From: a virus
Taxonomy: Duplodnaviria; Caudoviricetes
Length of the DNA: 61,742 nucleotides
IMG/VR virus record: IMGVR_UViG_3300042503_000814
Span: 1-61,742 of that record
Strand: one strand, 5' to 3'
Shown piece by piece: positions 17,915 through 28,204 of the stretch. The notes under the pieces are model-generated. The model had not been told where the DNA came from and searched no databases. It saw only the letters and a list, made by a program, of their open reading frames with translations. The stretch's first letter is position 1. Each line of letters begins with the position of its first letter. A program made the position numbers and the translations under genes.

Positions 17915-19803
17915 CAGAATCGCGGCCTCAAGTAAACGAGTATGTCTGCCTTGGGCGCTACTGTTATGTCCAGTTTCTTTGTCTCCTGCTCTTCATCCAG
18001 TGACACCTCGTCGTCCTTCAGAGTCCCTTCGCCCGTAGGCTCCTTGACTGCTATTGAACCACTTAAGGACGCGGGCACATCAATGGTGCCCGCCGTTAGC
18101 GTGACGGTGGCTCCAGTAGCACTGACCGTAACTGTCGATGTGGTGCTGCCGCTCGTTGGAGTGAACGTGCCGCCATTCACCGTGAGCGAGGCAGATGCGG
18201 ACCCAGAGGACTTTGTGAGTGTGACGGTGGGCGTGGTGATGGAGACGGCGGTGGCTGTAGAGCCAGTCAGCGAAACAACACCACCGGAAACTGGAGCAGA
18301 AAACGCGGCGGTGGCAGCTGTCTTGGTGAGCGAGATGGTTGGCGTTGTGATTGACAACGCGCGAGATGTGGAGCCAGACAGGGTGACCGTACCACCTGCG
18401 ACCGTGAACGTCGGCGTGACGGTTGCGGTGGACTTGTTCAGAGTTACGGATGGGCCAAAGATAGTAAGGCTACGGCTCGTTATACCGCCCAGCAAAACAC
18501 TGCCCGCAACACTTCCCTGCGAGCTAATGGTCACCCCGGGCGTGCCCGTGAAGGTCACGTTGTAGGTCTGGTTGGTGGTTGTAAGCACTAACTTGCAGGA
18601 GGCGTCCAAGTAACCTCCGGTCGGAATCGGGATGGTGACCGTTCCTGCCAGAGAACCCAGTGAAGCGTCTGCTTTGATGCCCTCTGGCGTTGCGGTAAAA
18701 GATCCCGTCGTCGGCACCGAGCACAATCCAGTCACGGATCCCACGTTGACGGTCGGGTATATGTCGTACGTGATTGTGCCGCTGGCCGTTGCGCCAGCGA
18801 GTGCCCCAGTGGTTGGGAGCGAGACGGTTCCTGACACAGTGCCACAGGTCGCTGTTGGGTAGGTGTCGTAGGAAATGGTGCCGCCAGCCGTCGCTCCTGA
18901 CAGCGACCCGCCAGTAGGAAGAGATACCGTGCCAGTGATGGTGCTGCACGTAGCGGTCGGGTACGTGTCGTAGGAAATGTTGCCGCTCGCTGTGGCACCC
19001 GATAACGAACCGCCCGTGACGGTCGGAAGGGTTACCGTCCCGGAGGCGCTGATGGCACTGATGCTTGCGCTTTCGACAGTCGGAACTTCCACGGTTCCCG
19101 TGACCGTAAACTCCTTGTTTCTGTCCGTGGTGCCAACCGTCACCGCTTTGTCGAACACGTAGGCGTTGGTCGCGTGCGGCACACCTACCGTGCCGCTGAC
19201 AAGCACGCTCTTCAGAATGCGCGTGCGGCCGTTAGTGAAAGGCAGCTGCATCGGAACGAAACCACCGCCGCCAAAAAGGACGGTGGTTATGCCATCGCGC
19301 CCGTCGCGCCCGCTCGCGCCATCGCGACCGGCTTGACCAACGTAGGTGTTGTTGATGTAGTCAACATTAAGGTTGGTGGTGTTGAGGTTCTCGGTGGTTG
19401 TGTTGTTGATGGTGGTGTTTTCAAACGTGCTGTTGCCTGCGACGTTGAACGTGTCGCCACCGAAGTAGTTGTTGTAGTTGAAGTCTTGGTTGATCGGGAA
19501 ATTGAACTGGTGACCGTCGTAGTTGTTGGTGTTGTTGGTGTTGTTATATGTGTCGCCAGCGACATCAACGAAGGTGTCTTGGCCAGCGGTAGGCAGCAGA
19601 TCGCGGTAGTCGGATGTCCTCCACACTCCTGGCCGCGCCAGACCACCAGCGCCTGTGGTGTTTGGGGGCTGGATATTGACCGCACCGCGGTGCGAGAGCG
19701 GCTGCTGGCAGTTGCCGAGAGCCTGCATCAGCTGCCGCAGCGCGGCCTCTGGGAGAGCGCCGGACAGAGCCTGCGCCAGTTGCGGCATGCTTTGCGTAAA
19801 CAC
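17914..19803 (-). CDS. T/S/G-rich tail fibre/needle with 34-aa and 37-aa repeats
   Basis: Short collagen-like GRDG stretch; tandem repeats. Confidence 0.7.
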   Translation of the reverse strand: MFTQSMPQLAQALSGALPEAALRQLMQALGNCQQPLSHRGAVNIQPPNTTGAGGLARPGVWRTSDYRDLLPTAGQDTFVDVAGDTYNNTNNTNNYDGHQFNFPINQDFNYNNYFGGDTFNVAGNSTFENTTINNTTTENLNTTNLNVDYINNTYVGQAGRDGASGRDGRDGITTVLFGGGGFVPMQLPFTNGRTRILKSVLVSGTVGVPHATNAYVFDKAVTVGTTDRNKEFTVTGTVEVPTVESASISAISASGTVTLPTVTGGSLSGATASGNISYDTYPTATCSTITGTVSLPTGGSLSGATAGGTISYDTYPTATCGTVSGTVSLPTTGALAGATASGTITYDIYPTVNVGSVTGLCSVPTTGSFTATPEGIKADASLGSLAGTVTIPIPTGGYLDASCKLVLTTTNQTYNVTFTGTPGVTISSQGSVAGSVLLGGITSRSLTIFGPSVTLNKSTATVTPTFTVAGGTVTLSGSTSRALSITTPTISLTKTAATAAFSAPVSGGVVSLTGSTATAVSITTPTVTLTKSSGSASASLTVNGGTFTPTSGSTTSTVTVSATGATVTLTAGTIDVPASLSGSIAVKEPTGEGTLKDDEVSLDEEQETKKLDITVAPKADILVYLRPRF

Positions 19804-22388
19804 TACTTCACACCCTCCACAACGACCGTGTGTATGGAAGGCGTGTTGCCGGACGACGACTGAGTACCGGCAAACGCTACGGCGACATGCCTGTCGGCCC
19901 CAGCAGAACGCTCTTCATTGCCGCCGCTAAACATGGCGCGTGCAACACCGCTCGCCTCACCGAGAGTAGAGCGGGTGCGTTTCATGTTCAAAACAGACTC
20001 CGCGCCCGGGACGACCGGGACAAACCCATCCCCCCGATCACTGGCAACGGCATTCGGACGCGGGGTATCGGAGCCGTTGAAGTAGCGAGACAGCGAGAGC
20101 GGGGCATCGCCAGTAGTCGGCGTGTACAGCACGCTCACGGCCTGCCTGCTTTCTTCATTCACTAGCTCCATGTTGCCGGAACGGAAGCTGTACGGGATGG
20201 CCGTGCCGTTGTCTGAGTAACCCGCCATGCGTACGAAGCCAGACGCGGCGTACGCAACCCCCTGCTGCCCGCCAACTGCATAGGGTGCCGCTGCCGTCAG
20301 TGGCACTGCGTACTGCTCGTCCCACCAAGACTTGGTAGTTACCGAGTAGCACAGCGCGCGGGCGGGCGAGGAGTCTGTGGAGTTGCAGTAGAAGAATCGG
20401 ACAACCTTGGTGGCCAAGTCGGCACGCACAAAAAACAGCGCGGACTTGGAGAAGTCGATGATGCCGTCACGCCAGTAGTTGTCCACCGGCACGGAGATAG
20501 GCTGGTCGCCCTGGCCGTCAAAGACATACATCCCGTAGCTATCCGCAATGAAAGCCACGCCGCCCATCACATCCCAGCAGCGGCTGTTCAGCACGCCGCG
20601 GTAGGCCACCAGCATGATGCTGGCATCCAGCACTGGCTGGGCCACGTAGTTCAGCTTGTATAGGTGCCGGGACTGGGCGGCGACTAGAAATGAGCCAAGA
20701 GGGATGAGGGCCACCACTGCATCGGAGTCGCCAGCGTTCTCCTGGACAACAAGCTCATTTTCCAAGGGGATGGATTCTGGCTCATCCACCTCTGAGAAGT
20801 AGAGGCTGTTGGGTTTCTCGCCGGTCGTATCCACGGCCAGCCAGCAGCGGTCTTGGAACATGCACGCCACTGAGAAATTCCCGGGAGGCACTCCAAACCG
20901 GCGGGCGTTCAGCTGGCCGCTAGGCAGCGTCACAGGCAGCAAGCCGTAGCCATCGCGCTCCGCATCAGACAGCTGCTCGTCAGTGAACGTATCGGTGAAC
21001 GTGCCAGTAAAATTCCCGGCCGACCGCAGGATCTTCGCCACGCGGAACAGCAGGACGCTCTGGTCGGAGGTGGTGCGCCACAACTCCACGGCAGTGACAC
21101 GGTCGTCCAGCCCCGCGTGCGCAAGCGTCCAGGTCAAAGAGGACGCACCGTTTTGAACGTCAACCTCAACCAGTTCCGAAATCGAAGAACTGATCGGGCC
21201 GCGGAACTTCTCTGGCGTGGAGTCGATGTATCGGATCGCGCACTTATACTTGCCGCGCAGGACGTTGGAGACAGTCGCGGTGGCAGTGGCGTTGTAGTCG
21301 CCAAGCGCCACAGTCGGCGGCAAGGCGTAGCTGCCAGCGCCATAGACAGATACCTTCGTTATGCTTCCGCCGGACACCGCCGCAGTGGCCGCGGCTGCAG
21401 AGGCTGTATCGTCGGTGGGGTCGGGCTGAAATGAGATGGTGGGCGGCGAGAGAAAGCCGGTCCCGCCGTTGGTGACCGTCACCGCCGCTACCCCGTACTG
21501 CATGCCGACAGACAGGACGGCACCCGCACCACCGCCTCCAGTCAGCGAAGCAGTCACAGCGCCAGTCGCCCCCTTGCCGCCAGAGCGAAGGTCTACGGCC
21601 GAGATAACGCCAGTGTCCGATACGGTGACGACAGCGTTCGCGCCGGTCAGACCCTGCGCACTGGAGAACACCACGGTGGGAGTGGAGGTATAGCCCGTGC
21701 CGCCATTGACCACAGTTACGGCCTGCACAGATCCAGAGACGCCAACAGAGAACGTCGCGCCCGCAGCATTGCTGACGCTCAGGGACACGGCTGGAGCAGA
21801 TGTGTAGCCCGCCCCAGGCTCCGAGATGGTGATGCCGACAACCCTTCCGCCAGCGACATCCGCACGCGCCACTGCAGTGGTGGTTGGGGAGCCGCCAGAG
21901 AACGTGACTGTCGGAGCGACCGAGTAGCCGTTGCCAGGGCTGACGACATTGACCGCATCCACATAGCCAGCCATTGATGAACTGGCGATAGCGACTGCCG
22001 GTCCCTTGTAGGGCTTCTGCAACCCGATTGGCTGCATGGTGCCTGCGGAGCCATCCCAGCGCAGACCGCGGCCCATGCCATCGAACACGTACAGATCATT
22101 GAAGCGGGAGCGGACAAACGACGCCGGGATGATAGATCCCGCGTAGACGCGCGCGGACGCCAAGGCATTGCCAGAGAGAGTGACCGTGGGTGCGGATGTG
22201 TAGCCTGTTCCACCATTGGTGATAACAACAGACTCAACCTGCGTACCGGCCATGTGGGCAAGTCCGACAGCGCCCGTGCCGCCGCCGCCAGAAAAGCTCA
22301 CTGAAGGTGGAGCGGTGTACCCGGAACCGCCAGTGGTTATTGAGATTGAGACGACTTGGCCGGATCGACGCTGGGCCAGATAGGTCAT
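19803..22388 (-). CDS. Tail nozzle/stabilisation (tubular-B/gp10-like) protein with G(S/T)GYT repeats
   Basis: FQDRCW, LYFSE..EPES propeller motifs; repeated G.GYT.AP.V.FSGG. Confidence 0.7.
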   Translation of the reverse strand: MTYLAQRRSGQVVSISITTGGSGYTAPPSVSFSGGGGTGAVGLAHMAGTQVESVVITNGGTGYTSAPTVTLSGNALASARVYAGSIIPASFVRSRFNDLYVFDGMGRGLRWDGSAGTMQPIGLQKPYKGPAVAIASSSMAGYVDAVNVVSPGNGYSVAPTVTFSGGSPTTTAVARADVAGGRVVGITISEPGAGYTSAPAVSLSVSNAAGATFSVGVSGSVQAVTVVNGGTGYTSTPTVVFSSAQGLTGANAVVTVSDTGVISAVDLRSGGKGATGAVTASLTGGGGAGAVLSVGMQYGVAAVTVTNGGTGFLSPPTISFQPDPTDDTASAAAATAAVSGGSITKVSVYGAGSYALPPTVALGDYNATATATVSNVLRGKYKCAIRYIDSTPEKFRGPISSSISELVEVDVQNGASSLTWTLAHAGLDDRVTAVELWRTTSDQSVLLFRVAKILRSAGNFTGTFTDTFTDEQLSDAERDGYGLLPVTLPSGQLNARRFGVPPGNFSVACMFQDRCWLAVDTTGEKPNSLYFSEVDEPESIPLENELVVQENAGDSDAVVALIPLGSFLVAAQSRHLYKLNYVAQPVLDASIMLVAYRGVLNSRCWDVMGGVAFIADSYGMYVFDGQGDQPISVPVDNYWRDGIIDFSKSALFFVRADLATKVVRFFYCNSTDSSPARALCYSVTTKSWWDEQYAVPLTAAAPYAVGGQQGVAYAASGFVRMAGYSDNGTAIPYSFRSGNMELVNEESRQAVSVLYTPTTGDAPLSLSRYFNGSDTPRPNAVASDRGDGFVPVVPGAESVLNMKRTRSTLGEASGVARAMFSGGNEERSAGADRHVAVAFAGTQSSSGNTPSIHTVVVEGVK

Positions 22389-22663
22389 TAGGCGCTGCCT
22401 GTCTTCACGGAGGAGTAGATGCGTCCGGCCGAGTCTTGGTAGACGAGATGCTCTTGTGTGCCGCTCTGGTATCGGAAGGCTGACACAACAGGAGATGCCG
22501 TGGAGTCGGCAGAAGTAAACGTGATGGGCGACAGGCCAGCGCGCACAGTGAGCTTCCCCGGCACCAAGCACTGCAGGTTGACTTGCTGTACCGTTGAGCC
22601 GGGAGGTATGGAATACGGCGAGGCGTTTGTGACCAGCCCAGCCCACTTGTCGATGACGATCAT
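22388..22663 (-). CDS. Small protein resembling the N-terminus of tail nozzle proteins
   Basis: W.GL.TNASP..IPPG....VNL...G.L.VR.G; coupled on both sides. Confidence 0.65.
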   Translation of the reverse strand: MIVIDKWAGLVTNASPYSIPPGSTVQQVNLQCLVPGKLTVRAGLSPITFTSADSTASPVVSAFRYQSGTQEHLVYQDSAGRIYSSVKTGSA

Positions 22664-23796
22664 GGATTACCTCCATCGAAGTTGTCGGCCTGCAGCGGCG
22701 TCCTCCACGCCATAGCATCGAAGATCACTCGCTGCGGCTGCTGGAACGGAGTGAGGGCATCCGACTCCATGGCCAGACGCAAGTCCCGCTGGTACATGGC
22801 GAAGGCGTTGTCCGGCTTGGTGTTGCGTGTGCGGGCCAGCCAGTACGCCGCACAGGACAAGAATCCGTTATTCATCCCAGGCGACATGTCCACTATGTCG
22901 GTGACGAGGTACTTCGCCCCCGTTGCAGTAAGGGAGGTGGCCAAGGTGCAAGAGGTGGCGCTGGCGACTGATGCGATAACTGCCTCTCCTTGGTAGGGGA
23001 GAAGCGATCCATCGCTGCCTGGGAAATCAGTGGCGGTGCCCACTCGCATGACCGAACCAACCATGGCGGCTGTGAAGGCAGTGCCCGTGCCAGTGACGGC
23101 CGTGCCAGCGATGGTCACCGTGCCCTGACGCGAGCTAGCCTCATGGCCCGAGATCCGCAGGCGGCGCGGCAGGCGGCGATACGTGAAGTCCAGGTTGGAG
23201 TTGGCGACCGGATACCCAACGACCTTAATCGCCCACCCAGTGCCATGCGGATCCTTGATGACCGTCCACGCATGCGGCGGTCCTGCAAGGTTGTTGGCGT
23301 TCTCCAGCTTCATCGCTTGGTCGGCCGACACGTAGATGAACCGCGTCCATGCCACATGGTCGATTGGAGAGTCCAACGACCGGAAGTCGGACGGCAGGGG
23401 AAAGGTGTCTTGGTACAGCGTGGCTGCTGTGGGATTGAGGAAATCACTGGATGGAGTCAGGATCGGGTCGCACAGCAGTCGGGTGCTGCTGACGCGGGTG
23501 GCGATCTTAGCGACCGTGTTGTTGAGTCGCATGCGCGACAGCACCGAGTTGGTCGGGAATGCGTCCCCAGACGACAGGTCGAAGAACCTTGTGTCTTGGC
23601 TGTAGGTAACCGAGCCGTACCAGTTGATGGAGAACCGGATCCGGCCGTGAGTCTGGTAGTAGTTCCAGTCGCGGATCGTTGAGAGTTCGCTGTAGGCGCG
23701 CTGGATGGATGTGCGGATGTCGGTCTGTTCAGCATCCTGCGGGCCACCCGAACTGCTGGTGATGAGATGTTCGACCGCGTCGTAGTAAGTCAGCAT
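22660..23796 (-). CDS. Head-tail adaptor (tubular-A/gp4-like)
   Basis: IQRAYSEL...WNY, FPLPSDF; position. Confidence 0.7.
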   Translation of the reverse strand: MLTYYDAVEHLITSSSGGPQDAEQTDIRTSIQRAYSELSTIRDWNYYQTHGRIRFSINWYGSVTYSQDTRFFDLSSGDAFPTNSVLSRMRLNNTVAKIATRVSSTRLLCDPILTPSSDFLNPTAATLYQDTFPLPSDFRSLDSPIDHVAWTRFIYVSADQAMKLENANNLAGPPHAWTVIKDPHGTGWAIKVVGYPVANSNLDFTYRRLPRRLRISGHEASSRQGTVTIAGTAVTGTGTAFTAAMVGSVMRVGTATDFPGSDGSLLPYQGEAVIASVASATSCTLATSLTATGAKYLVTDIVDMSPGMNNGFLSCAAYWLARTRNTKPDNAFAMYQRDLRLAMESDALTPFQQPQRVIFDAMAWRTPLQADNFDGGNP

Positions 23797-24107
23797 TAGG
23801 AAGCCTCGCTTGCGATCACGCCCTGCTCGCGGCCAATCTTCGCCACGTATGCCATGAGGCTCGCAACTACTGCACCGAGTTCAGCGTCGGCTGCGGAGCC
23901 TGTTAAGACATCACGCACTTCCAGCCACTGGCCTTGCGCTGGCTCCAGAGTGCCATCGGACTGGCAAAACCTCCGCAGTCGCACGCGGGCCGTAACCTCC
24001 GCGAGCGGGTCGGGCGCAGATACAACAACCTCCTCCACCCAGACCGCATCGTAAGCCTTGGCAGGGATCAGAATCGGATCAGCAGACAACAGTGTTTCTA
24101 GGGGCAT
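23796..24107 (-). CDS. Hypothetical tail-associated protein
   Basis: AAGGAGG SD; TAATG coupling. Confidence 0.65.
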   Translation of the reverse strand: MPLETLLSADPILIPAKAYDAVWVEEVVVSAPDPLAEVTARVRLRRFCQSDGTLEPAQGQWLEVRDVLTGSAADAELGAVVASLMAYVAKIGREQGVIASEAS

Positions 24108-24120
24108 GTGCCCTCCTTTG

Positions 24121-25377
24121 TTACCAAGTCGCGTGTGCAATGCGCCGCCATGTATTGGTGGCCGTGCATATGTACAGATGCGTAGCGTCCCAACAGACCT
24201 CGCCCACTGCGCCAGTCGCCGTGGCTGATGCTGGCGTCCGAGCAGTGCGGATGCGGACTGTGCTGCCAGCCACATCGATAGGCACGGTCGGGCTTGTAAC
24301 GCCCACGCCGATGCTTCCAGCGAAGTAGCTCTGTGCCGTGGCGTCCGAGTAGATTGCATAGTTGCCGCCTGCGGCGGGTGGATTGACGATGCGCACGCCA
24401 TAGTTAGTGCTGGCATTAAGCGCATTCACGTAGACGCCGGTATTTGCAGTCCCTGCGCCCGTAGCCTGCCCCATGAGGGCATAATTAACTGTTCCGGCAC
24501 CTGCGTTAATGACGCTATTTACGCCTGTCCCGCTAGAGTGGGTGACATACAAAGCCGCTCCCGTACTCGCCGCGCCGATGCCTACCTTGCCCGAAGAATC
24601 AATCCGCATCCTCTCCACGCCACCAGTGCTGACGGCGAGTGTGTCTGCAGCCGGAAATAGTAGCCCAGTGTTCGCGTCCGAATACACGCTAATCGAAGGC
24701 GCAGCCGCCGAGCCGGACGAATAAACGGCAAAGCCAACATTGTCGAATCGTCCAACATCGATCCCGCTAACTAGGAATCTGTGAGCGCCTGCTCCGACTT
24801 GGTTGTAGATGATCTGCGAGCCGGTCACGTAGTTGGACAGGTACAGAAGGCCAGCTGTTGTTTCTGCAAGCTGGCCCGTGCCTGCTGTCGCTGTCAGGTT
24901 GAGCGTAGCACCAGCCGCCACTGAGACAGTGAAGGTGCCAGACACCGTTCCGCCAGTCAGCGGCAGATAGGAAGATGCGGCGGCTGTGGCCATCGTCCCG
25001 AGGCCGAGCGTGGCACGGGCCGCGGAGGCATCCGCGTCATCAATGATGGATCGCCCGAACGCTGTGCAGGTGATCTCTTCCACCACCCCGGCCCCAGCCG
25101 TTGACCGGCCAAGCACGCGGTCGGTGGCAGACACGTTCTGGACTTTGGCGTATGTGACGGCAGAGTTTGCTATGCCTGCCGTTATTACCGCCCCGCCCGC
25201 AATCTTCGCTGCGGTGACGCTGCCATCCGCGGGCGTGGCGACGAACGTCGAAACCCCACCGGCAGCAGTCTGGTAGAAGAGTTTCCCATCCGCTTGGTTG
25301 ATGGCAATTTCGCCGTCAGCCAGCGAGGCTGGGACTTGTCCGGCGGTGTTGCTGCGCTTTAGGCGTGGAGGGGGCAT
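24121..25377 (-). CDS. Tail fibre / RBP
   Basis: GEIAIN.ADGKLFY; ERMRIDSSGKVGIG; TPASATATG..GE..WD. Confidence 0.8.
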   Translation of the reverse strand: MPPPRLKRSNTAGQVPASLADGEIAINQADGKLFYQTAAGGVSTFVATPADGSVTAAKIAGGAVITAGIANSAVTYAKVQNVSATDRVLGRSTAGAGVVEEITCTAFGRSIIDDADASAARATLGLGTMATAAASSYLPLTGGTVSGTFTVSVAAGATLNLTATAGTGQLAETTAGLLYLSNYVTGSQIIYNQVGAGAHRFLVSGIDVGRFDNVGFAVYSSGSAAAPSISVYSDANTGLLFPAADTLAVSTGGVERMRIDSSGKVGIGAASTGAALYVTHSSGTGVNSVINAGAGTVNYALMGQATGAGTANTGVYVNALNASTNYGVRIVNPPAAGGNYAIYSDATAQSYFAGSIGVGVTSPTVPIDVAGSTVRIRTARTPASATATGAVGEVCWDATHLYICTATNTWRRIAHATW

Positions 25378-25397
25378 GGAAAACCTAAGAAAGTGGG

Positions 25398-25414
25398 CCT
25401 AAAGACTATTGTCC
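25398..25414 (-). promoter_or_regulatory. Late-promoter-like motif GGACAATAGTCTTTAGG
   Basis: Intergenic member of the motif family. Confidence 0.6.
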
Positions 25415-25417
25415 CCG

Positions 25418-25768
25418 CTAGATCGTCGCCGCCTCAATGAACGCCTGATCGACCTGCGCCTCGCTCATTCCCAGAGCCGCCGCGAGCGGCACAAGCATGG
25501 GGTGCGTCCGCTCCACGTAACCTGAGTAGTCCCACTCCACCCTCACAGAGTCTCGCTGTAGCTGGTCGGGGATCGCATCGATGGCTGCATCAACCTGTGC
25601 GAGGCTAATGCCCTGACGCAGTAGCCAGAGGCGTATCTGGCGAGCGGAGACGCTCGCCGGTACAGATTCTTCCACGGCCTGTTGGTTCATGCCGATGACG
25701 TTGCCGCTCTCGTCACGCACTTCCCAAGTGCGAATGCCGTCGATCACGCCGAGGTAGGTGGTCGTCAT
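25418..25768 (-). CDS. Tail fibre assembly-like protein
   Basis: SVSARQIRLWL...EWDY...RTHP...D..F. Confidence 0.7.
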   Translation of the reverse strand: MTTTYLGVIDGIRTWEVRDESGNVIGMNQQAVEESVPASVSARQIRLWLLRQGISLAQVDAAIDAIPDQLQRDSVRVEWDYSGYVERTHPMLVPLAAALGMSEAQVDQAFIEAATI

Positions 25769-26553
25769 GAAATCCGCCCATAGATGATGAAGTTGCCATT
25801 TGATACGGTCGTCGCCGCAGTCGGCATATCAGACAAACCAGTGACAGCACCCGCAGCCATTGGCGGCAGTCGCGTGATCGCGCCTGTTGTAACCGTGCCC
25901 GCTTGCCATGTTCCGGCCGTGCCGCCGACAACCAGCACGCCAGCGGCATATCGCGTTCCAGCGACAATGCTGTACGAGGCTGGGTATCCGTCAGTTGCAA
26001 ACGCGCGAGAATAAATCGTCTGGGAGACGTTTCCGATTGTTGTGTCGTTTGCCGTCCGTGCAACCATCGTAATTATCGGTGACGTGCCCGTGACAGAGTC
26101 GACAATCGTCTCGTTCACGGTAAAAAGCGCAAACCTACACAGCGACAGCGAGGCAGTGGCAGTGCCGCCCGTTATAAATGTCAGTGTGGTGGCGGTAAAC
26201 GAGTACGGGGCTGTAAAAAACGCCAGCATCAGACTTCCCGAGGATGCCGCCGCGTTGCCGATAGTGCCGTGCCCGCGAGGCAACCAGTCAATTGATGTAT
26301 TGGTCGTCTGCATCGCCCATCGCAGGTTTTGGTTGACTGTGACGTTGCTGCTCAACCTCGCATCGCTCAGCGTGCCAGAGGTGACCTGCGAGGCTGCGAG
26401 CGACAGGGCATCGACACCGCCCGCAGCATGGCTGGAGGCGTGACCAGGGACGTTGGCCACCAAGTTCCAGGTGTAGCCGTCCCAAGAGTAGGTACGGCCG
26501 TTGACTGCGGCAGTTTGGCCGGACGTTGGCGATGCTGGGAATGTTATGCTCAT
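25765..26553 (-). CDS. Tail fibre / RBP
   Basis: FPASPTSGQ...NGRTY.WDG..W; HASSHA.GG.D. Confidence 0.75.
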   Translation of the reverse strand: MSITFPASPTSGQTAAVNGRTYSWDGYTWNLVANVPGHASSHAAGGVDALSLAASQVTSGTLSDARLSSNVTVNQNLRWAMQTTNTSIDWLPRGHGTIGNAAASSGSLMLAFFTAPYSFTATTLTFITGGTATASLSLCRFALFTVNETIVDSVTGTSPIITMVARTANDTTIGNVSQTIYSRAFATDGYPASYSIVAGTRYAAGVLVVGGTAGTWQAGTVTTGAITRLPPMAAGAVTGLSDMPTAATTVSNGNFIIYGRIS

Positions 26554-26602
26554 GTGTTACATACCTACCGTCAGGAGAGCGGCGAGGTGGTGGGGGCGCG
26601 GG

Positions 26603-27556
26603 TCATGAGTTCACAAAGGCAGACGCGGCTGGCGTAAACGTGGTGCCGCTTGGGTAGCGGGCCGCCTTGGTAATCCGCACTTCGTCAATGTTGCCCGGAA
26701 ACCAGTATTTGTAGGTGACGTCATAATCTAGCGCGCCGACTTTTAGCGTTGCGGTATTGTTTGCAAGCGCGGATGTATATGAAGTGCCGCCGCTATTCAA
26801 GAGCACGCCATCCTTGTACAGATACACGGTATTCCCGCTTCGCACCGCCGCAACGTGATACCACGTATTCAGCGCGAAATTGGCTGTGCCCGATATCAAC
26901 GTTCTAGCTCCAGAGGTGCTTGTCAGTCCAAGATTGAGCAACTGAGCACTAGACCCTGCGACACCAAAGTTCCATCCCAGTGATGATGGCGTGCTGCTTC
27001 CGTCATCGCGGGTAATAAAATACGCACCGTAATCACCTTCGTACGAAGATGGATATGCCGACAACCTTATCCATGCCTCAACCGTAAAATCTCCGCTGAA
27101 ATAAAAGTTGTCGCTGGAAGCAAATCGCACGTAATCGGTGGTGCCGTTCAGCAGCAAACTTGCGCCACCAAACTTACTCTGCGATGTGCTGGTCTGCGCA
27201 GAGCCAATGCGAGTAGCCGCCTGCGCGTACGCGCTGCTGTCGGCAAACGTGGTGCCGCCATCCGCCCCGTCACAATGCAGCAGCAAGGTCACGGACGAAA
27301 ACAGCGGATCCCAAGAACTCAGGGCCGCCCGCGCCCAAGTGTTGCTTGCCGATGCAACATAGAAATACGAACCGTCATACGCAATCTGCCCAGCCGTGCC
27401 GGTCGCCGTCGCAGATGCTGGTACGCTTGACCATGACAGGCCAGAGCCACCACTCGCCGCGACCAGTTCCCAAGCCGCGCCGGTCCATGACCAAGTGCGT
27501 CCGTTGGCAGTATAGGTTTGACCTACAGTGGGTGATGCTGGGGGGGAGAGTGGCAT
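26603..27556 (-). CDS. Tail fibre with LamG/ConA-like lectin domain
   Basis: DFTVEAW, WYHVAAVRSG, IDEVRITK. Confidence 0.85.
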   Translation of the reverse strand: MPLSPPASPTVGQTYTANGRTWSWTGAAWELVAASGGSGLSWSSVPASATATGTAGQIAYDGSYFYVASASNTWARAALSSWDPLFSSVTLLLHCDGADGGTTFADSSAYAQAATRIGSAQTSTSQSKFGGASLLLNGTTDYVRFASSDNFYFSGDFTVEAWIRLSAYPSSYEGDYGAYFITRDDGSSTPSSLGWNFGVAGSSAQLLNLGLTSTSGARTLISGTANFALNTWYHVAAVRSGNTVYLYKDGVLLNSGGTSYTSALANNTATLKVGALDYDVTYKYWFPGNIDEVRITKAARYPSGTTFTPAASAFVNS

Positions 27557-27566
27557 GTGCTAACTC

Positions 27567-27665
27567 CTATGCGATGCTCAGTGTGGCAGTGACGCGGTCG
27601 CTTGGTGTATACGAGGGCAGGGTGCCGATTGTGCCGCAGATTAGGAATTCGATTAAGTGTTTCAT
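27567..27665 (-). pseudogene. 32-aa ORF, probable remnant of gene exchange
   Basis: MKHLIEFLICGTIGTLPSYTPSDRVTATLSIA; ATGA-coupled. Confidence 0.35.
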
Positions 27666-28204
27666 GTCGCACTCCAAGCAGCCGGATCGACCATGAATCG
27701 CCAAGACCAGACGACTCGCCTGACGTTGCCATTGACTTGGGAAACGCCGTGAATCTGTTCCGACAGAAGATAGGCCAGCGCGTCTCCTTCCCGCTGCTCT
27801 CGCTCCACGCCGTCAACGCTCACTACGCCTCCTGACGCTGGAGCGGAAAGCAATGTGTTCACGCCGACACACACCAGACCATCCTGCCGGAAATGATGAT
27901 CAACGTGTTCTGCAAACTCGCCGCCGGGAAGTAGAACACCAACCGTCATGCCGTCTAGGAATCGCGGCAGCGAGACCCCCAGCATCGGGAATCTATCCCT
28001 GATACGGCTCTGCACCTGATAGGCGACTTCGGGGAATCCGCCAGCCTCCACCACCGCGTTGCTGTTTGAGATTTTACGCAACAAATACGACTCGCCGTCC
28101 GCAGTTCTTGCGTCTCCGAGGCACGCCGCATTGGTGTCGCACCAAGCCAGCAGTGAGGCTCGTTCGCTCTCGCTAACAAAATTGCTTAGAAGAATAACGC
28201 TCAT
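27662..28204 (-). CDS. 2OG-Fe(II) oxygenase
   Basis: H-x-D (HVD), GG, H (IHGV), R-x-V. Confidence 0.8.
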   Translation of the reverse strand: MSVILLSNFVSESERASLLAWCDTNAACLGDARTADGESYLLRKISNSNAVVEAGGFPEVAYQVQSRIRDRFPMLGVSLPRFLDGMTVGVLLPGGEFAEHVDHHFRQDGLVCVGVNTLLSAPASGGVVSVDGVEREQREGDALAYLLSEQIHGVSQVNGNVRRVVWSWRFMVDPAAWSAT

